64,000 nt of DNA from Dictyostelium discoideum (taxonomy: Eukaryota). Positions 38,648 to 56,400 of this stretch are shown one piece after another. Under the pieces are notes generated by a model. That model was given only the letters and a program-made list of their open reading frames with translations. It searched no databases and was not told where the DNA came from. Made by a program: the position numbers and the translations under genes. Within the stretch, counting starts at the first letter, position 1. Each line of letters starts with the position of its first letter. The stretch is from contig CM000151.3 of assembly GCA_000004695.1 (NCBI GenBank), positions 2,080,001-2,144,000 on the forward strand, given 5' to 3'.

Positions 38648-38766
38648 GTACACGCTCTAAAAATTTTAATAACCTATACTAGTAACAGCCCATCATTAAA
38701 AACAAATAACACTCAAATTTATTCGTACGCATTCATTTCCACACAAATCAACAAAACTTATGCAAC

Positions 38767-38812
<46 letters not shown>

Positions 38813-39945
38813 AAAAAAATAAATAAATAAATTATTGTAAATAATAAGTATACTTTTTTTTTTTATTACTATTACTATTAGTATTATTTATTTTTATTTT
38901 ATTTTATTTTATTTTTATTAAATTTTATTTTATTTTATTTTAATTTTTTTTTTTTTTTAAAAATAATAATAATTAATTAATTTTTTATTACAATAGAAAT
39001 ATCAATTATTATAAATTAAAATAAGTTGTTTATTATAATGATTCTCATTGTTTTTTTTTTTTTTTTTTTACACTCAACTGAAAAATTGTTTTTTTTAAAT
39101 AATTACACGATTGTGTTATGACATCTTTTACAACAAAACACATTATTGTATAACCTTTTAGGATTTTTTAAATTATAGTTATTCGAAATATTATTATTAT
39201 TATTATTATTATTATTATGTTATCTTCATATGTATACATTTTTAAAATTGTAGGGAAATGGGGATAGAGTCAAAAATGAAATAGAAAGAGGGTTATGTTT
39301 TAATTATAATAAATAGGAAATGTTGGTTATTTTATTACAATTTCAGTTATTTTGTTTTTTTGTTTTTTTAGTTTTTTTTTTTTTCAATAAAATTTTTATT
39401 AAAAAATTCTAAAAAAAGGAATATATCCATAGTTTGTTCCAATATTTTATTTTCATAAAAAAAATTGTTTTATTTTTTTTTTTTTAAACAGTTTGGATTT
39501 TTAAACACCTTAACACACCCAACAAATAAAAAAATGGTTTTTTTTTTTTTTTTTTTTTTTAAAATTTTATTTTAATTTTATTTTATTTTTTAAAAATAAA
39601 AGTTATCAATTTGTAATTTAATTCATTGTGTTATTATTATTGAAAATACATATATATTTTTTTTGTTTTTTTTTAAAATTGATCTGATCTGTTAGAACTG
39701 CAGATTGTTTGTGGTGTGTGGGGTTAAAATTTTCTTTTTTTATCATTTTTATTTTTTTTTTTTTTTTTTTTGAATTCAAGAAAAAAATTAATATGATACA
39801 TTATTCCTTATTTATTTTCTTTGATATTAAAGTTCCTCTGAATTTTATTAGATTTGAAAAGTCCAATAGTTTTTATTATTATTATTTTTATTATTTTTAT
39901 TTTTTTTTTTAAAAAAAAAATAACCTCTTATAATTTTTAAGAAAG

Positions 39946-39977
<32 letters not shown>

Positions 39978-40598
39978 AATAATTAAAGAATCGTACTCAT
40001 TCCAAATTATTAGTAAATTATTAATAATATAATTATTCCAACATATATGATTTTTTTTTTTATTTTTTTTAACCTTTTTTATTTTTTTTATTTTTATTTT
40101 TTTTTTAATTTTTTTTTTTTACTTGAAATTGAGTATTTTCGTTGCTAGCTCTTATAATCTACTTTTGTCGTCAATATACCACCCTTCCCTCATTTTTAAC
40201 ACACATAAAACACAATAAAACACAAAACACGACCCACATTTTTAAATAATTTATCCACTCCATCCTTAGAATTTATGAATAAATTTTTAAGCTCATTAAC
40301 TAAATTTACAATATAGACTACCCTCTGTTCCTTCTTTTGTTAATGTTTTCATTAGATTAAATGAAATGAATTGTTGGTTTTTTTAAAATATTGATATAAT
40401 TTATTTCTTTTCTTTTTTCTCAAAGAGAGGAACACTTAACTGAAATAAAAAATGTGTGAATAAAAAAGTAGTAGAACTATTAGTATTGTTTTTTTATTTT
40501 TTTATTTTTTTATTTATTTATTTTATTTTTTATTTTTTATTTTATTAATTTTTTTAGTATTGTATATATATAAAATATTTAAAGTTGGGAATAAAAAA

Positions 40599-40637
<39 letters not shown>

Positions 40638-41523
40638 CTAATCAATGATTTTATAAAAATTCGTCATAACTAATTTATATAATTATCATTATCATTTCAA
40701 ACCACACACGCTCACACACACACACACAACTACCATATTTATCAAATTTTTTAATTATAATAAATTTTTTAATTTTAATTTTTTTGTTTTTATAAAAAAG
40801 AAAAAATAAAATTTATCATATTTTTTTATATTTATATATATAAAAAAATATATAATTATTTATTATTATTTTTAAAAATAATTTTATAAAAATAAAAAAA
40901 CATTTACCCTTCCCTAGTATTTAAATATATAAAGACACTTATTCAAATTCAAATACACACACCACACTCCACAATCCACCCATCCACAATCCACCCATCC
41001 ACAAGTAAAATAATTAACACACACTCACACACACACATAAATATATTTTTCTATTCTAATTTCATTTATGTGATAGTACTAATAGTAGTAGTAGTAGTAA
41101 AATTATAAAAAATAAAAATATATTTTTTTTATACCTAACAAGCAAATCTAAATATAATTATCACAAATTATTTTATAAATATAAAAATTATAAATAATCA
41201 AAAATAAAAAAAATAATAATAATAATAAATAAAAATAAAAAAAATAATAAAAACAAAATAAAAAAAAATAAATAAAATAAAATTAAAATTGGTTGGTTGT
41301 TGTTTAAATTCTTTTATTTATTTATTGTATTTTGTTATTTTCTTACACCCCAACCTACAAATAATTTTTTTTTTTTTAATCACCCATCAAAAATTTTATT
41401 ATTTTTTTTTTTTTCCCTCATAGCCCTTTTTTGTAAAAACAAAAAAAAAAAAAAATAGTAATTATAAATAAAAAAAATTTAAATTATTTTTTTTTGTAAA
41501 TAGTAAATTATCCAAAAAATAAA

Positions 41524-43626
<2,103 letters not shown>

Positions 43627-43897
43627 ATTATTTTTTATATAATAATAACCAACAATATAATATACACATTTTTTTTTTAATATAAATAAAAAAATAATAT
43701 AATACTACTTCATACTATCATTACAATCTAAACAAATTTTATTTTTTTAAAAAAAAAAAAAAAATTTTAAATAAAATACATTTTATTTCAACATACATTT
43801 TATTATTATTTTTATTATTGTTATTATTATTATTATTATTATAATTTATTATTATTATTATTATTATTATTTATTATTATTATACTATTTAAAAATT

Positions 43898-46411
43898 TTA
43901 CTCTAAATTTTTAATTAAATTATAAATTAAACCAGATTGTAAAATTGATTTGCAAGTATTTTCTTTTGCAGTTTTTTTATTTTGACCAGATTTAAAATGA
44001 GAATGTGCAGCTTCTTTATTTATATAGAAAGTAGCAATAGCATTAAAAAAACCAGAACCATCAGGAGTATGTTCCCAAGCTATACCAAAATCAAATGTAT
44101 GTCTTTTAACTTGAATAACCATCTCTTGAACCAAAGCACTAGCAGAAGCAAAATAGGAATTTGTATCCATTTCTTCATCAACTTGATTAACTTGAGTTGT
44201 ATAGTTTTGTTGTTTTAAAGATATTGGAAGTTCACCAGTTTTTAAGAAATTAATAGCCTCTTCTAAATATCTTTCTTGATTTTTAAAGAACTCATAGATG
44301 TTATCCTCTCTTGGATCATCAACTTTGACAATACCATAGAAATAACTATCCCTATTTCTTAATCTACCCCTTGATTGAATATTAGCAGTAACGGTTGTTG
44401 GTGGATCTAATCTAATTACAATATTACATTCTGGTACATCGAATCCTTCTTCCACTACACTAGTTGCAACTATAACATTACATTGATCACTTCTAAACTC
44501 TTCTATAGCCTTCTTTTGAGATGATATTGACATTCCACCAATAGAACCATGACCAACTACTAAATTTGGTTTAATAAAAGAGAATCTATCACCCATTCTT
44601 AATTGATCCAAAAGTGAATAAACTTTCTTTGCTACGTCTCTTGTTTTTACAAATATGATTGCTTTTAAATCATCACTCTTTTTTTCATCCAAAATTTGTA
44701 ACGCAATCTCTAACTTTGAAATACTATCCGCAATCTCTTCATCACAAGGTAACGAATGAACCATTGCTAAAATCTCTGATTGAAGTTCTACATCATCAAT
44801 ATTTGAAATCTCTTCAATTAAAAAGGATTTTAAATTTAAACCAACTGGAATTGCACTACCAAACATTTTAAAATTAATAAAATCATTAATTTTTTCAAAA
44901 AATGATGATAAAAACTTATTTAAATTATGATTTTGAGTACTACTATTGGAACCACCACCACCACCACCAACACCTAAACCTTTTAAAGTATTACTATCAA
45001 TTACTGAAGTAACAGAATCAAATAATTCTTGATTATTACTAAGATTTGGTTTATATTTTGAAATTAAATCTTTTAAGATTTGAATTGAGTGACGTTCTAA
45101 ATTATTTGTTGGAATTGGTATGATTTTAATATTCTTTTGATTAATATATGGAATGATTGATTGATTAGTTGGTTTTATAATTTCACAACGACTAACTTTT
45201 GAAATTAATTTCAAGGATAATAAAGTATTGAAAAAATCTTTTTTACCAGCTGGTGACGCAGTTAAACCTAAAATCTTTGGATGACAAATCTCTGGAATCG
45301 TATTTAATTTATCACGTAATAATTTAGCGAATGAATGCTCTTTAACTATATGATGAGCTTCATCGATAACAATCAAACAGAAACTAAGTATATTTAAATC
45401 ACCATTTGATAAAAGTTTATTGAATAAATCACCAATCACCACCAAAACATCAAATCTTTGCTTCAATTGAACTGGTTTAAATGTTTCACCGTGAGCTGAT
45501 AACACCTTTAACCCCGTCTCTGTCTCTATTACGTCTGATTGTTGGATTACCAATGGGATTCTATCTACAATGAAAACTATTTGCTTTGAAGGATTCAATT
45601 GCTTCATTTTCTTTATCACCAAACATGATATTAAAGTCTTACCTAAACCAGTTGGTAAACAACATATTATATCCTTTTCCATTGATTTTCTATAGAGTTC
45701 ACATTGATAATCTCTTGGTTTACTCTTATTCATCTCCATTGGTTTACCATCATCACCCTGTTGTAATGTTTTTATAATTGGCATACCAATTGTTTTAATT
45801 TGACCGAGTGTAAGATTATTACAATTTTCATCTTGAAAAATGCTATTCATAGTATCAACTCTTTGTTGTAAATCACCAAGTGTTCTCTTTAATCTTTCAA
45901 TTTCATTATCCTTTTCCATTTGAGTTGGTTCATTAAAATGTAAATAACTAAAACCACCACTTAATAAATTTCCATCATTTTTTTGTTTTTCAATTAATTC
46001 ATCTTTAATTTTATTTTTATCTATACTAATAAATTTTGAAAATAATGAATCTATTGATTGTTTTGTTTGATATGTTAATTGTTGTGGTTGTTGTGGTGGT
46101 GGTGATTCTATTTCTTGTTCTTGTTGTTGTCTAGTTTTTTTTTGTTCTTGATATTTATTATTTAAATCTTCTCTTCCCTGTTGATTTAAATAATTTAAAA
46201 CTTTTATTGCGCAACATGATTCTGCTGTTTTTTTATTTTTATACCAATCGGAATATACAATTTTATTGTTATGTTTTGAATTAATTTCACCAACGCGTAT
46301 GTGTGTACGATATTCTCTCTCGTGGTCAGGTCCTCTACACTCTGAATGGTATACTGGTAAATATCCTATTCTTTTTTGTTGAATATAAGTTTGTAAATCA
46401 TTTTTAGTCAT
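43898..46411 (-). CDS. DExH-box (Dicer/RIG-I-type) RNA helicase flanked by N- and C-terminal dsRNA-binding domains, HelF-like. Single exon.
   Basis: The N-terminal dsRBD reads LQTYIQQKRIGYLPVYHSE..GPDHEREYRTHIRVGE...AESCCAIKVLNYL. Helicase motifs: CCLPTGLGKTLIS (I), VIDEAHH (II), GLTASP (III), ATSVVEEGFDVPECN, QSRGR (VI). The C-terminal dsRBD reads FGIAWEHTPDGSGFFNAIATFYINKEAAHSHFKSGQNKKTAKENTCKSIL. Confidence 0.75.
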   Translation of the reverse strand: MTKNDLQTYIQQKRIGYLPVYHSECRGPDHEREYRTHIRVGEINSKHNNKIVYSDWYKNKKTAESCCAIKVLNYLNQQGREDLNNKYQEQKKTRQQQEQEIESPPPQQPQQLTYQTKQSIDSLFSKFISIDKNKIKDELIEKQKNDGNLLSGGFSYLHFNEPTQMEKDNEIERLKRTLGDLQQRVDTMNSIFQDENCNNLTLGQIKTIGMPIIKTLQQGDDGKPMEMNKSKPRDYQCELYRKSMEKDIICCLPTGLGKTLISCLVIKKMKQLNPSKQIVFIVDRIPLVIQQSDVIETETGLKVLSAHGETFKPVQLKQRFDVLVVIGDLFNKLLSNGDLNILSFCLIVIDEAHHIVKEHSFAKLLRDKLNTIPEICHPKILGLTASPAGKKDFFNTLLSLKLISKVSRCEIIKPTNQSIIPYINQKNIKIIPIPTNNLERHSIQILKDLISKYKPNLSNNQELFDSVTSVIDSNTLKGLGVGGGGGGSNSSTQNHNLNKFLSSFFEKINDFINFKMFGSAIPVGLNLKSFLIEEISNIDDVELQSEILAMVHSLPCDEEIADSISKLEIALQILDEKKSDDLKAIIFVKTRDVAKKVYSLLDQLRMGDRFSFIKPNLVVGHGSIGGMSISSQKKAIEEFRSDQCNVIVATSVVEEGFDVPECNIVIRLDPPTTVTANIQSRGRLRNRDSYFYGIVKVDDPREDNIYEFFKNQERYLEEAINFLKTGELPISLKQQNYTTQVNQVDEEMDTNSYFASASALVQEMVIQVKRHTFDFGIAWEHTPDGSGFFNAIATFYINKEAAHSHFKSGQNKKTAKENTCKSILQSGLIYNLIKNLE

Positions 46412-46675
46412 TTTATTAAATTTTATTTGTTTATATTATATTTTTATATATTGAAAGAAATAGGGGTAAAACATAATAAATTCCCGTTTTCTCGAAAATA
46501 TAAAAAAATAAAAATAAAAAAAAAAAAAAAATAAAAAAAAAAAGTGTTTGTTTCAACCAATCTTATTTTGTTTTTTTTTTTTCCCTGTAACACATTTTAA
46601 TCAAAATTTTATTTTATTTTTAGAATTTAATTATTAATCATTATTAAAAAAAACAATTACAATAAACGAGAGGGA

Positions 46676-46741
<66 letters not shown>

Positions 46742-46767
46742 GGTTATTTTCGGGGGACTGTGTATTT

Positions 46768-46799
<32 letters not shown>

Positions 46800-46876
46800 G
46801 TTTGAAAATATTATTACTATATAAAATAAAAGTAATAAAGATTAAAAATTTAATTTTTTTTTTTATTTTTTATTTG

Positions 46877-49800
46877 TTACTTTTTTTGTTTTAAATGATT
46901 AATAATCATTTGATTTATAATTTCTAAATTATTTTCTTGAATGGTGTCAGTATTACTATTACTATATTTTGTAATTATATTATGAAGTTGTAAATATTTA
47001 TAAACACAAGAAGAATTATTTGAATCTGTTAAAATTTGAATCCAATCATTAAATTCAATCTGTTTACAATTAAATTCACATTTTAATATTTGATTAATCT
47101 GTTGTGAATTTATATTATTATTATTACTATTATTATTATTTAAATTAATTGTATTAAATAATAATTTTCCTTTTTCATTATCATGCTCATAATAATTTTG
47201 ATTATTTATTTGATTTATAATTAAATTTGATAAATGATTAATTGGAATGGTTGGATATGATGTAGAAACGTTTGGATAAAATCCAATTGAATGACAAGAT
47301 TGTAAAAATAATTGTAATAATTCATTTTCATTTCCTAAACCAGTTTCAATATTTGAAAAAATTGGAGGAATTCTTATCATTGTTGATGGTATATTAAATT
47401 TTATTGAACAATCTTTTAGAAAATGTTCAATTAATAAACTACTTTGAATTTTTCCACTTGATAATGGTAATTTTTCAATTGATTCAAAATTTGGAATTTC
47501 AATACTATTATATTCATTTTCATTAATAAATTCATTTGATATTCCTAAATAAATATATATTGATGATATATTTATAATTGAAATTTTATTATTATTATTA
47601 TTATTATTATTATCATTATTATTACAATAACCATTAATTATTAAAGATTTAATTAATTCTTTAACCAAATTTAATTCAGTTTCATTAAATTCTTGTTCAA
47701 ATAAAATTGAATCTTGAAATGAATCACTTGAAACAATAATTATTAAATTTATATCATTATTTTTGATGAATAATTGATTATAGTCTTTTTCTGATGAAAC
47801 TGATATAATATTAATTTTTGAAATTTCATTTTGATTTAAATTAAAATATAATTGATGGTACTTTAGGCTTTGAATTATTAAATCAATTGATGTATTTAAA
47901 CAATAAACTATAGAACAATTTGAATCTTTAACTAAATTAAATAATAAATAAGTACTTAAATAACCACCACTTGAAAAAGGGAATAATATTCTTTTATTAT
48001 TTTTACTAGTACCACCATTTTTAGTAATATTTACATACGATGATGTTGATGATGAAAATTCATTACCAATAACTTTTAATTTAATTTGTTTTTTCCAAAA
48101 TTTTAAATTTTTAACATTATTATTTTTACTTTTACCCCCAATGAATGAACCAGTTTTAATATTTTCATTATTATTTGATTGTTGATTACTATCTTTTATT
48201 TTTTTATTATCAATAGCTGTAATGATAATTTTAATTACTAAAGAGATTGTATTATTTTGAATTTGTTGAATTGTAATAATATTTGGAGAGATTTCTTTAT
48301 CTATCCAATTTTTTAATTGAACAGTTAATAATGAGTCTGCACCATAATCAAGTAATCGTAAATCTTGATTAATTTTAGATGATTCAATTGAAAGGAATTC
48401 TGATATTTTATTAATGAAAATATCTTTAATATTTAATGAATCTACAACTTTTCCACCACCACCACTGCCACTACTACTATTGGAACCACCACCACCACCA
48501 TCGATTGAATTAATAATAAAATCAAATTTTTGTTTAGGAATTTGAGCATTTACTTTAAAAGCTGGAAAATTGAAATTACAAATTAAAAGATTTGTTGATA
48601 AATGTTGATTTTGAATTTGTAAATCTAATGAACCTAAAATTAAATTTGTAGAGATTGGATTTAAACCTTGACCAACTAACATTTCACCAACTGATTCAAA
48701 TCTTGATACAAATCCTGCATCACCTAAAGAACCATAATTTGTACAAATTGATGGTAACCCAATTGATTTTCTAAATCTTGATAATGAATCTAAAACATTA
48801 TTCGCACAAACATAAGAACATTGTTTTGAAGAACCGATGATTGAAGCAATTGAAGATGCCATTACAAATTGTTTTAATTTCCAATTCCTCTTTATCGATT
48901 GATTATGTAAATTAATTGCACCAAATGTTTTTGCACCATGTGAAATATCCAAACTTTCCATATCAATTTTATTAACTTTTCTAGAAACTTGTTGAAATGC
49001 AAAATGAAAAATTGAATCAACATTATTTATCAATGGATTATCTTTTAATATTTGATCGATTGATTCATTTACTAAACTTTCATTACAAATATCAATACTC
49101 TTAAAATGAAATCTAATATTTGAATTATTGTTTACTAATAATTCTAATTCCCATTTCATTGGTGATTTTGAAAATATTATAATATCTTTAACACAATCTG
49201 AAAATTTAACAATCCATTTTAATATCTCTAAAACTATCCCCGTTTGACCTGTAACTAATATTGTTGAACCTAAATTATCATTATTTATTTTATAATTTGA
49301 TTTTAAAATTGGTTCCTTAACATCAATACTACCACTACCACTACTACTACCACTACTACTACTACTATTGAAATTATTATTTTCAATTAATTTATTTATT
49401 AAATTAATATTATTATTTACAATAATTTTACCAATATGTTTACGTTCATTTATAAATTCAATTGCTTCTTTTATTTTTAAATTTGAATATTCATTAATTG
49501 GTATTAAATTTAATTGATTATTTTCAATTGCATTTGATATTTGTAAAAATAAAATTTGAAGTTTTCTTTTATTTATAAATAATAATTCAACATTATGATA
49601 ACCATAATTATATTTGAATTTACTAAAATCTATATATTCATTTGGATTTAAATGAGTGATTGATAAATCAACGATTCTACCACCACATTCCAAACATTTG
49701 AAATTTGAATCTAAATAATCACTTGATAATGTATTCAATATTAAATCAACACCTTTTTTATTTGATCCCAATTGTTTTAATTTTAATTTAATTTGTTTTA

Positions 49801-51037
49801 CATAATCTTTATTTCTTGTTGAATAAATTCCAGTGATAAAATCACCATAGGTGTCAATAAGATATTGCTCTTTCTCTTTTGAACCTACTGTAACGAATAG
49901 ATGTGATTTATGACCTTTCCATTTCAATATATTCAATGCAGATAAACCAACACCACCAGTACCTGAATGAATTAAAATTGATTCATTATCTTGGATATTG
50001 AAATTACCAATATTGAATATTGAATATAAAGATGTTAAATACACTGCTGGTATTGATGCTGCCTCTGAGTGGCTTAAATTGGTTGGTTTCTTTACAATGT
50101 AATCTTTATCAATGATAATATGAGAAGATGACGAATCGAACGCAATTCCATAAACTTCATCACCCACTTTAAATTGATCTTCACCACAATCTTTTCCAAC
50201 CCTTGTAATGATACCAGAGAAATCAATACCAATCTCTGGATTGTTAATATCACCTTTACGATTACAAATCTCTGGCGGAACCAATCCACAATATACTAAA
50301 TAATCTTTATAATTCACTCCTAAACTTAATACATTCACTTCAACCTTATTCGATTTAATAATTTCTTTTCTCGATTTTAATTTATATTCTAAATTTGATG
50401 TTAATTTTAAATAAACATTTGAAAAAGAATCATTACTAACACCAATACCATATTCAAATGAATTTGATTTAAATGTATTGATTAAATTTTTAATTGATTC
50501 TTTTTTATATCTTTCATAATAAATTTCATTATTCATTATTATAAATTCCTTTTGAGTATTAATAGTCTCATCAATTAAAGAATCAATTTTTGAAATTAAA
50601 TTTAAATTTTCAATTGATTGTTGATCAAAATCTATATAGAAAAGTTGTAATTGTTCTGAAAACTCTTCAAAATACTTTGCAGCTCCAATAACTGATGCTG
50701 ATAAATAATTTTTACCATTATTTACATTGGTTGTAATTAAAACATGTTTACATTTTAAATTATTTGATGATAATAATCTCTTATTAATTTCAATAAATTC
50801 AAATGTTACCAATTTAAAATTTTCAAAGTTTAATTGTTCAATAGGTTTAATAAAATAAATTATTGATTTATTTGTAATAATATTTGATTCTTCTAATTCT
50901 ATAAATTCTTTAATACTTGAAATTTTAATAATAATTTTAAATGAATAAATTGATTCTAACATTTTAATAAAATGATTATTATTATTCTTATTATCTTTAT
51001 CAATTTCATTACAAAATATAATAACATTATCTTCATA

Positions 51038-51118
<81 letters not shown>

Positions 51119-54100
51119 ATTAATTTCTAGAATTGATGGTTTTTTACAATGAATTAAAAAAGAAACTGATTCTAATTCTTTTGACATTATTATATATTTA
51201 AAATTATGATTTGTTAATAAATCGAACCAAGATTGTTGATTCATACAACAACTATCTTTTCTGATATCAGTATCTTGAAATGACCACCACTGATTGAAAA
51301 CACCAAATACATTATCTAGAATTATTGAATTAAATGGTGGTTCTATAAATAATAATTGACCATTTGGTACAAGAACTTTATAAATTTGATCAATTGAAAA
51401 TCTAATATCTTTAACCACATGTAATACATTTGACATTATTACATAATCATAATATGAATATTTCAAATTTTGTTTTTCAATTAATGGTTCTTCTAAATCT
51501 AATGAACGATAAATTATTTTTATACCAAATTTACCACCATCTAAATCTAAATCATTATTATTCTCATTATTATTATTATTATTATTATTGTTTATAATTT
51601 TTGATAATTTTAATTTTGCATCTGGTATGAATGACGTTGAAATATCACTCCATGTATATTCAATATCAATTTGATTAAAAACATTATTACTCTCTTCAAG
51701 TAATTGAGTAATTTTATTTAATACAACCATTGATAATGAAGAAACACCACCACCAAATTCTAAAATTCTTATTGTGATTTTCTCTTTTTTCAATACCAAT
51801 GGTTTAATAGATTCTTTAATAATTTCAGCAAGTAATTGATGATTTTTTGCAACAAATTCAGTATCTGAATAAAATTTATCAAGTAAACCATCTTCAAATA
51901 AAATTTGTGGACTATCTAAATTTGAATCATTTTCATTTTCAAATGGAAATAATTGTTTTGAAATTACTCTAGTTGATCTCTTTAAAATTTTATAATTATT
52001 ATTATTTTCCATTTGTTTTTTTAATTCTTTAAAATTATTATTATTATTATTTTTATAACCAAACATTTTTATAGTTTTAAAAACTGATTTAAATAATCTT
52101 TCATATTGAATTGAATTTTCTAAATTTTTATTAATAAAAATTGATTTAAAATTTAAAAATAATTGATCAATTGATTGATTTTCAATTTCTTTAATTGTTA
52201 TATTTGAATTTCTTTTATTAATATTTAAAAACAATGAAGATGATATAAAATTTTGATAAATTGAAATATTTGAACTATAGATATCTTTTGATTTAAATTG
52301 ATCAGATTCATAAAGTGATTTAAATGATGAAGGTGCACCAATTGGTGAATCTCTTGGTTGTAAATATCTTGAATATACTAAATCAATTGGATATTCAATT
52401 TCTAAGGGATTTTTAACTATTTTTAATGATTTACAAATTACTCTTTCAATTTCAATTAAAATCGTACCATCTTTTAACATTATAATAATTGATGCTAAAT
52501 ATGAATTTCCTAATCTTGATTTAAATTTTGAATAAACGAAAATACTATTATTACTACTATTAATATCATTTGTTTCATATACTTGTAAATTTGATGAATA
52601 ATATTTTAATCCTTCAATTTTATGAAAAACTAGTTGACAATTTTCTTGAATTAATGCAATCATTCCATGTAAACAACTATCTAATAATTGTGTTTTAAAA
52701 AATGATTTTGATGTTGATGAATTAACAGTAACTTCTGATAAAGAACAACTATCACCTAAAAAACACTGAATAACACCTTGAAATTCATCATTATAAGTTA
52801 AACCTGTTTTTGATTTTATATGTTGATATAAATCAATTCTTGATATTTTTGTTTTATTACACTTTTTTGAAATTATTTCTTGTAAATTTAATTTTTTATT
52901 ATTATTATTATTATTACTATTATTATTATTACTATTATTATTATTTAATAATTGAAAATTAGCAATACATGATTGTACCCATTCATTTGATTTATTATCT
53001 TTAAAGTGATAATAAAGTTTAAATTCAGTTTTACCAGTTTGGAAAACATTTGTTTGTAAACATTGATTAATACCATCTATTAAAATTAATGGTGATTTAA
53101 ATTCCATTGAACTAATAGTCAAATCTTGTGATGGATATAATTTCAATAGATTATCAATGTAACCACAACCTGGGAAATAGTATTTACCATTTACAATATG
53201 ACCTTTAAGATATTTGAATGGTTCTTTCTTTATATCAATAAATGTTTGATATGATTTAACATTTGATGAATTATCATAGTTTGATAAACCAAGTATATCA
53301 ATTGGTGGTCCCTCAATTCTATGTTTTTGTTGAATCAAATCTTCTTTCCAATACTTTTCATCATCCCATTGATAATTTGGTAATGGTTGTGGTTGTGGTT
53401 GTTGTAGTGGTGGTATTACTGTGTGGTTGTGGTTATTAATACTACCACAATCAAATTGTGATTTAAAATTAATATTATATCTATTTTCACAATAAAGTTT
53501 AGCAATTGTTTTTTGAATCTCCATAGTATCATTCTTTTTCTTATGAAGTGGTGAATAAATTGATATTTTCCCACTAAAATAATTTGTTGATACAGGTATC
53601 ATTTGTTTTAAATAAAATTGTAATGTTGGATGTGGTGCTAATTCAATGAATACAATATCAGTTCCCAATTTATTTATTTCAATATGTTTATATAAATTTG
53701 ATATAGTTTGTGAAAATTTAACTGGTTCTACTATATTATTATAAATATATTCAGAGTTAAATGGTGTTGTTGTTGTTTCTACATTATTATTATTATTATT
53801 ACTATTATTATTGCTATCATTAAAATTATTATAATATAAATTTGTTGTAACAGTTGAGAAAATTGGTATTTTTGGTAATTCATAATCAATATTTAATTTT
53901 GAAATATCATCTTTTACTATTTTTTGATTTGAAGTATGGAAAGATGATAATGAAGCTAACATTTTTGAGAAAATTCCTTTATCTTTTAATTCATTTGATA
54001 TTTGATTTAATTGTTGTTCTTTACCTCCTAATACAATTGAATTTGGTGAATTGTAACATGCAATTTCAATATCTGGGTATTTAGTTGAATAATTTGATGA

Positions 54101-54898
54101 TAAATAATCTTCAGAGCTAATATTAACTGATAACATTCTACCACCATTACAATGTGTTTGAATTTGTGCTAATGATCTATGATAAATTAAATAACATAAA
54201 GTATCCAATGTAATCATACCTGAGCAATAAGCTGCTGGAATCTCACCTAAACTATGACCAACTATAAATGATGCTTCAATACCCCAATGTTTATAAAATT
54301 CAAATAATGATATAGCTAACATACACATTATTGGTTGTGCGATTGTTGGATGTTGAATACTAATATCATCATCATGATCAGTAATTGATATGAATTTTTC
54401 AAAAACTGAATAACCATAATATTTAAATAATTTATTATCAAACATATTGATTGATTGTTTGAAAATTGGTTCACTATTATATAATTCCATTGCCATTCTA
54501 CTATATTGTGAACCTTGACCTGCAAATACAAATACAACTATAGGATTCTTACTATGAACCATTGACATTGTTGATGACTTTGAATTTAATGTTTGAACTC
54601 TATTTAATTGTTCTTTCTCTTCTCCTTCTCTTTCTTTTTCTTTTTCTTTTTCTTTTTGTGATTGTTTTTGTTTATTAAATTCATCCCAATTTGAAACCGA
54701 AAAAATTACTAAACGTTGATAAAGTGATAAAGATTTATTAAAAATTTGATTTTTAACAAATTCATTAAAATTTATTTTTAATTGAAATTCTTCACTTTCA
54801 ATAATTGATTGATATTTCTTTAATGATAAAGTTGAATTTGCTGAAAAAGGTATTAAATACTTTTTTGGTTGACTATTATCATATTGCTGCTGTCCTCG

Positions 54899-54960
<62 letters not shown>

Positions 54961-56353
54961 GATTTTCATTATTTTTAAATTGTGATAAAATTAAACAACA
55001 ATTTGAACCAGTAATACCAAAACTATTGATTAACATTGTTATTTGTTTATTTGTATTAAATTGAATTGGTTCAGTTACAACTTTTAAATTCCATTCATTA
55101 AATTTAATCATTGGATTTGGTTTATTAAAATTAATATTTGGAACAAAGTAACCATTTTTAAACATTAAACAACATTTAATTAATGATGCAACACCCGATG
55201 CTGCCTCTAAATGACCAATTGAGCTTTTAATTGACCCAATTAATAATGGTTGTTGAGTTGTATTATTATTACTACCACTACAACTACCACTACCAATAGC
55301 AATATCATTTAATTGTTTAAATGAATTTGAAATTGCTTCTAATTCAATTGGATCGCCAGTTGGTGTACCAGTACCATGTGCTTCAATATAATCGATATTA
55401 TTGAATTTAATTTTACCATTGGTTGATTGAATTGCCATTTTAATATTTTCACACTGTGATATTGATGAAGGTGAAAAAAAGTTTTGTTTATCTTTTAAAC
55501 CACCACCATCAACATTTGAACTTGCACCATTGATAATACAATAAATGGTATTACCATCTGATAATGCTTGTTTTAAACTTTTTAAAACCACAATTCCAAC
55601 ACCTTCTCCTCTGACATATCCATCAGCACTTTCATCAAATGTCATACACCTTGCTGTACCATTAGTTGATTTACTTAACATATTTAAATGGGTGAATGAT
55701 TTTGAAACGTTTGTATCCAACAATAAATTTACACCACCGACAATTGATAAATTACAATTGTTCTGCTTACTGAATTTAATTGATTGGTAACCCATTTTAA
55801 TAGCATTCAATGATGATGAACATGCTGTATCAATTGTAATTGATTCATTACGAAAATCAAAACAATATGATATACGATTTGAAATTGAATGATTTGTCAA
55901 CCCGAATATATTAGATTTGTTATTATTCATTTGATTTTGTTGTTGATTTTGATAATCATTAGTTGAACAACCAATGAAAACTGATGTATTTGAACCACGA
56001 ATTTTCATTGGATCAATTCTTGCATCTTCTAATGCTTCCCATGTACATTTTAATAATAGTCTTTGTTGTGGATCAATGCTTGGTGCTTCTGATGGATTAA
56101 TACCAAAAAATAATGGATCAAATGATTTCCATTCATCAAGTGGTAATAAACCAGCATTTCCATTTGAAATTTCACCCAATTCATTGAAATTATCACTCCA
56201 TCTTTCTCTACTTTCAATAATACCATCAAATCCATTCATTAAATTATCCCATAATTCAATTGGTGAATCATTTGATTTAGAAATATCTCCCGATGGTAAT
56301 CTAAATCCAATACCAACAATTGCAATTTCATCATTATCATCAATAATATTATT

Positions 56354-56400
<47 letters not shown>

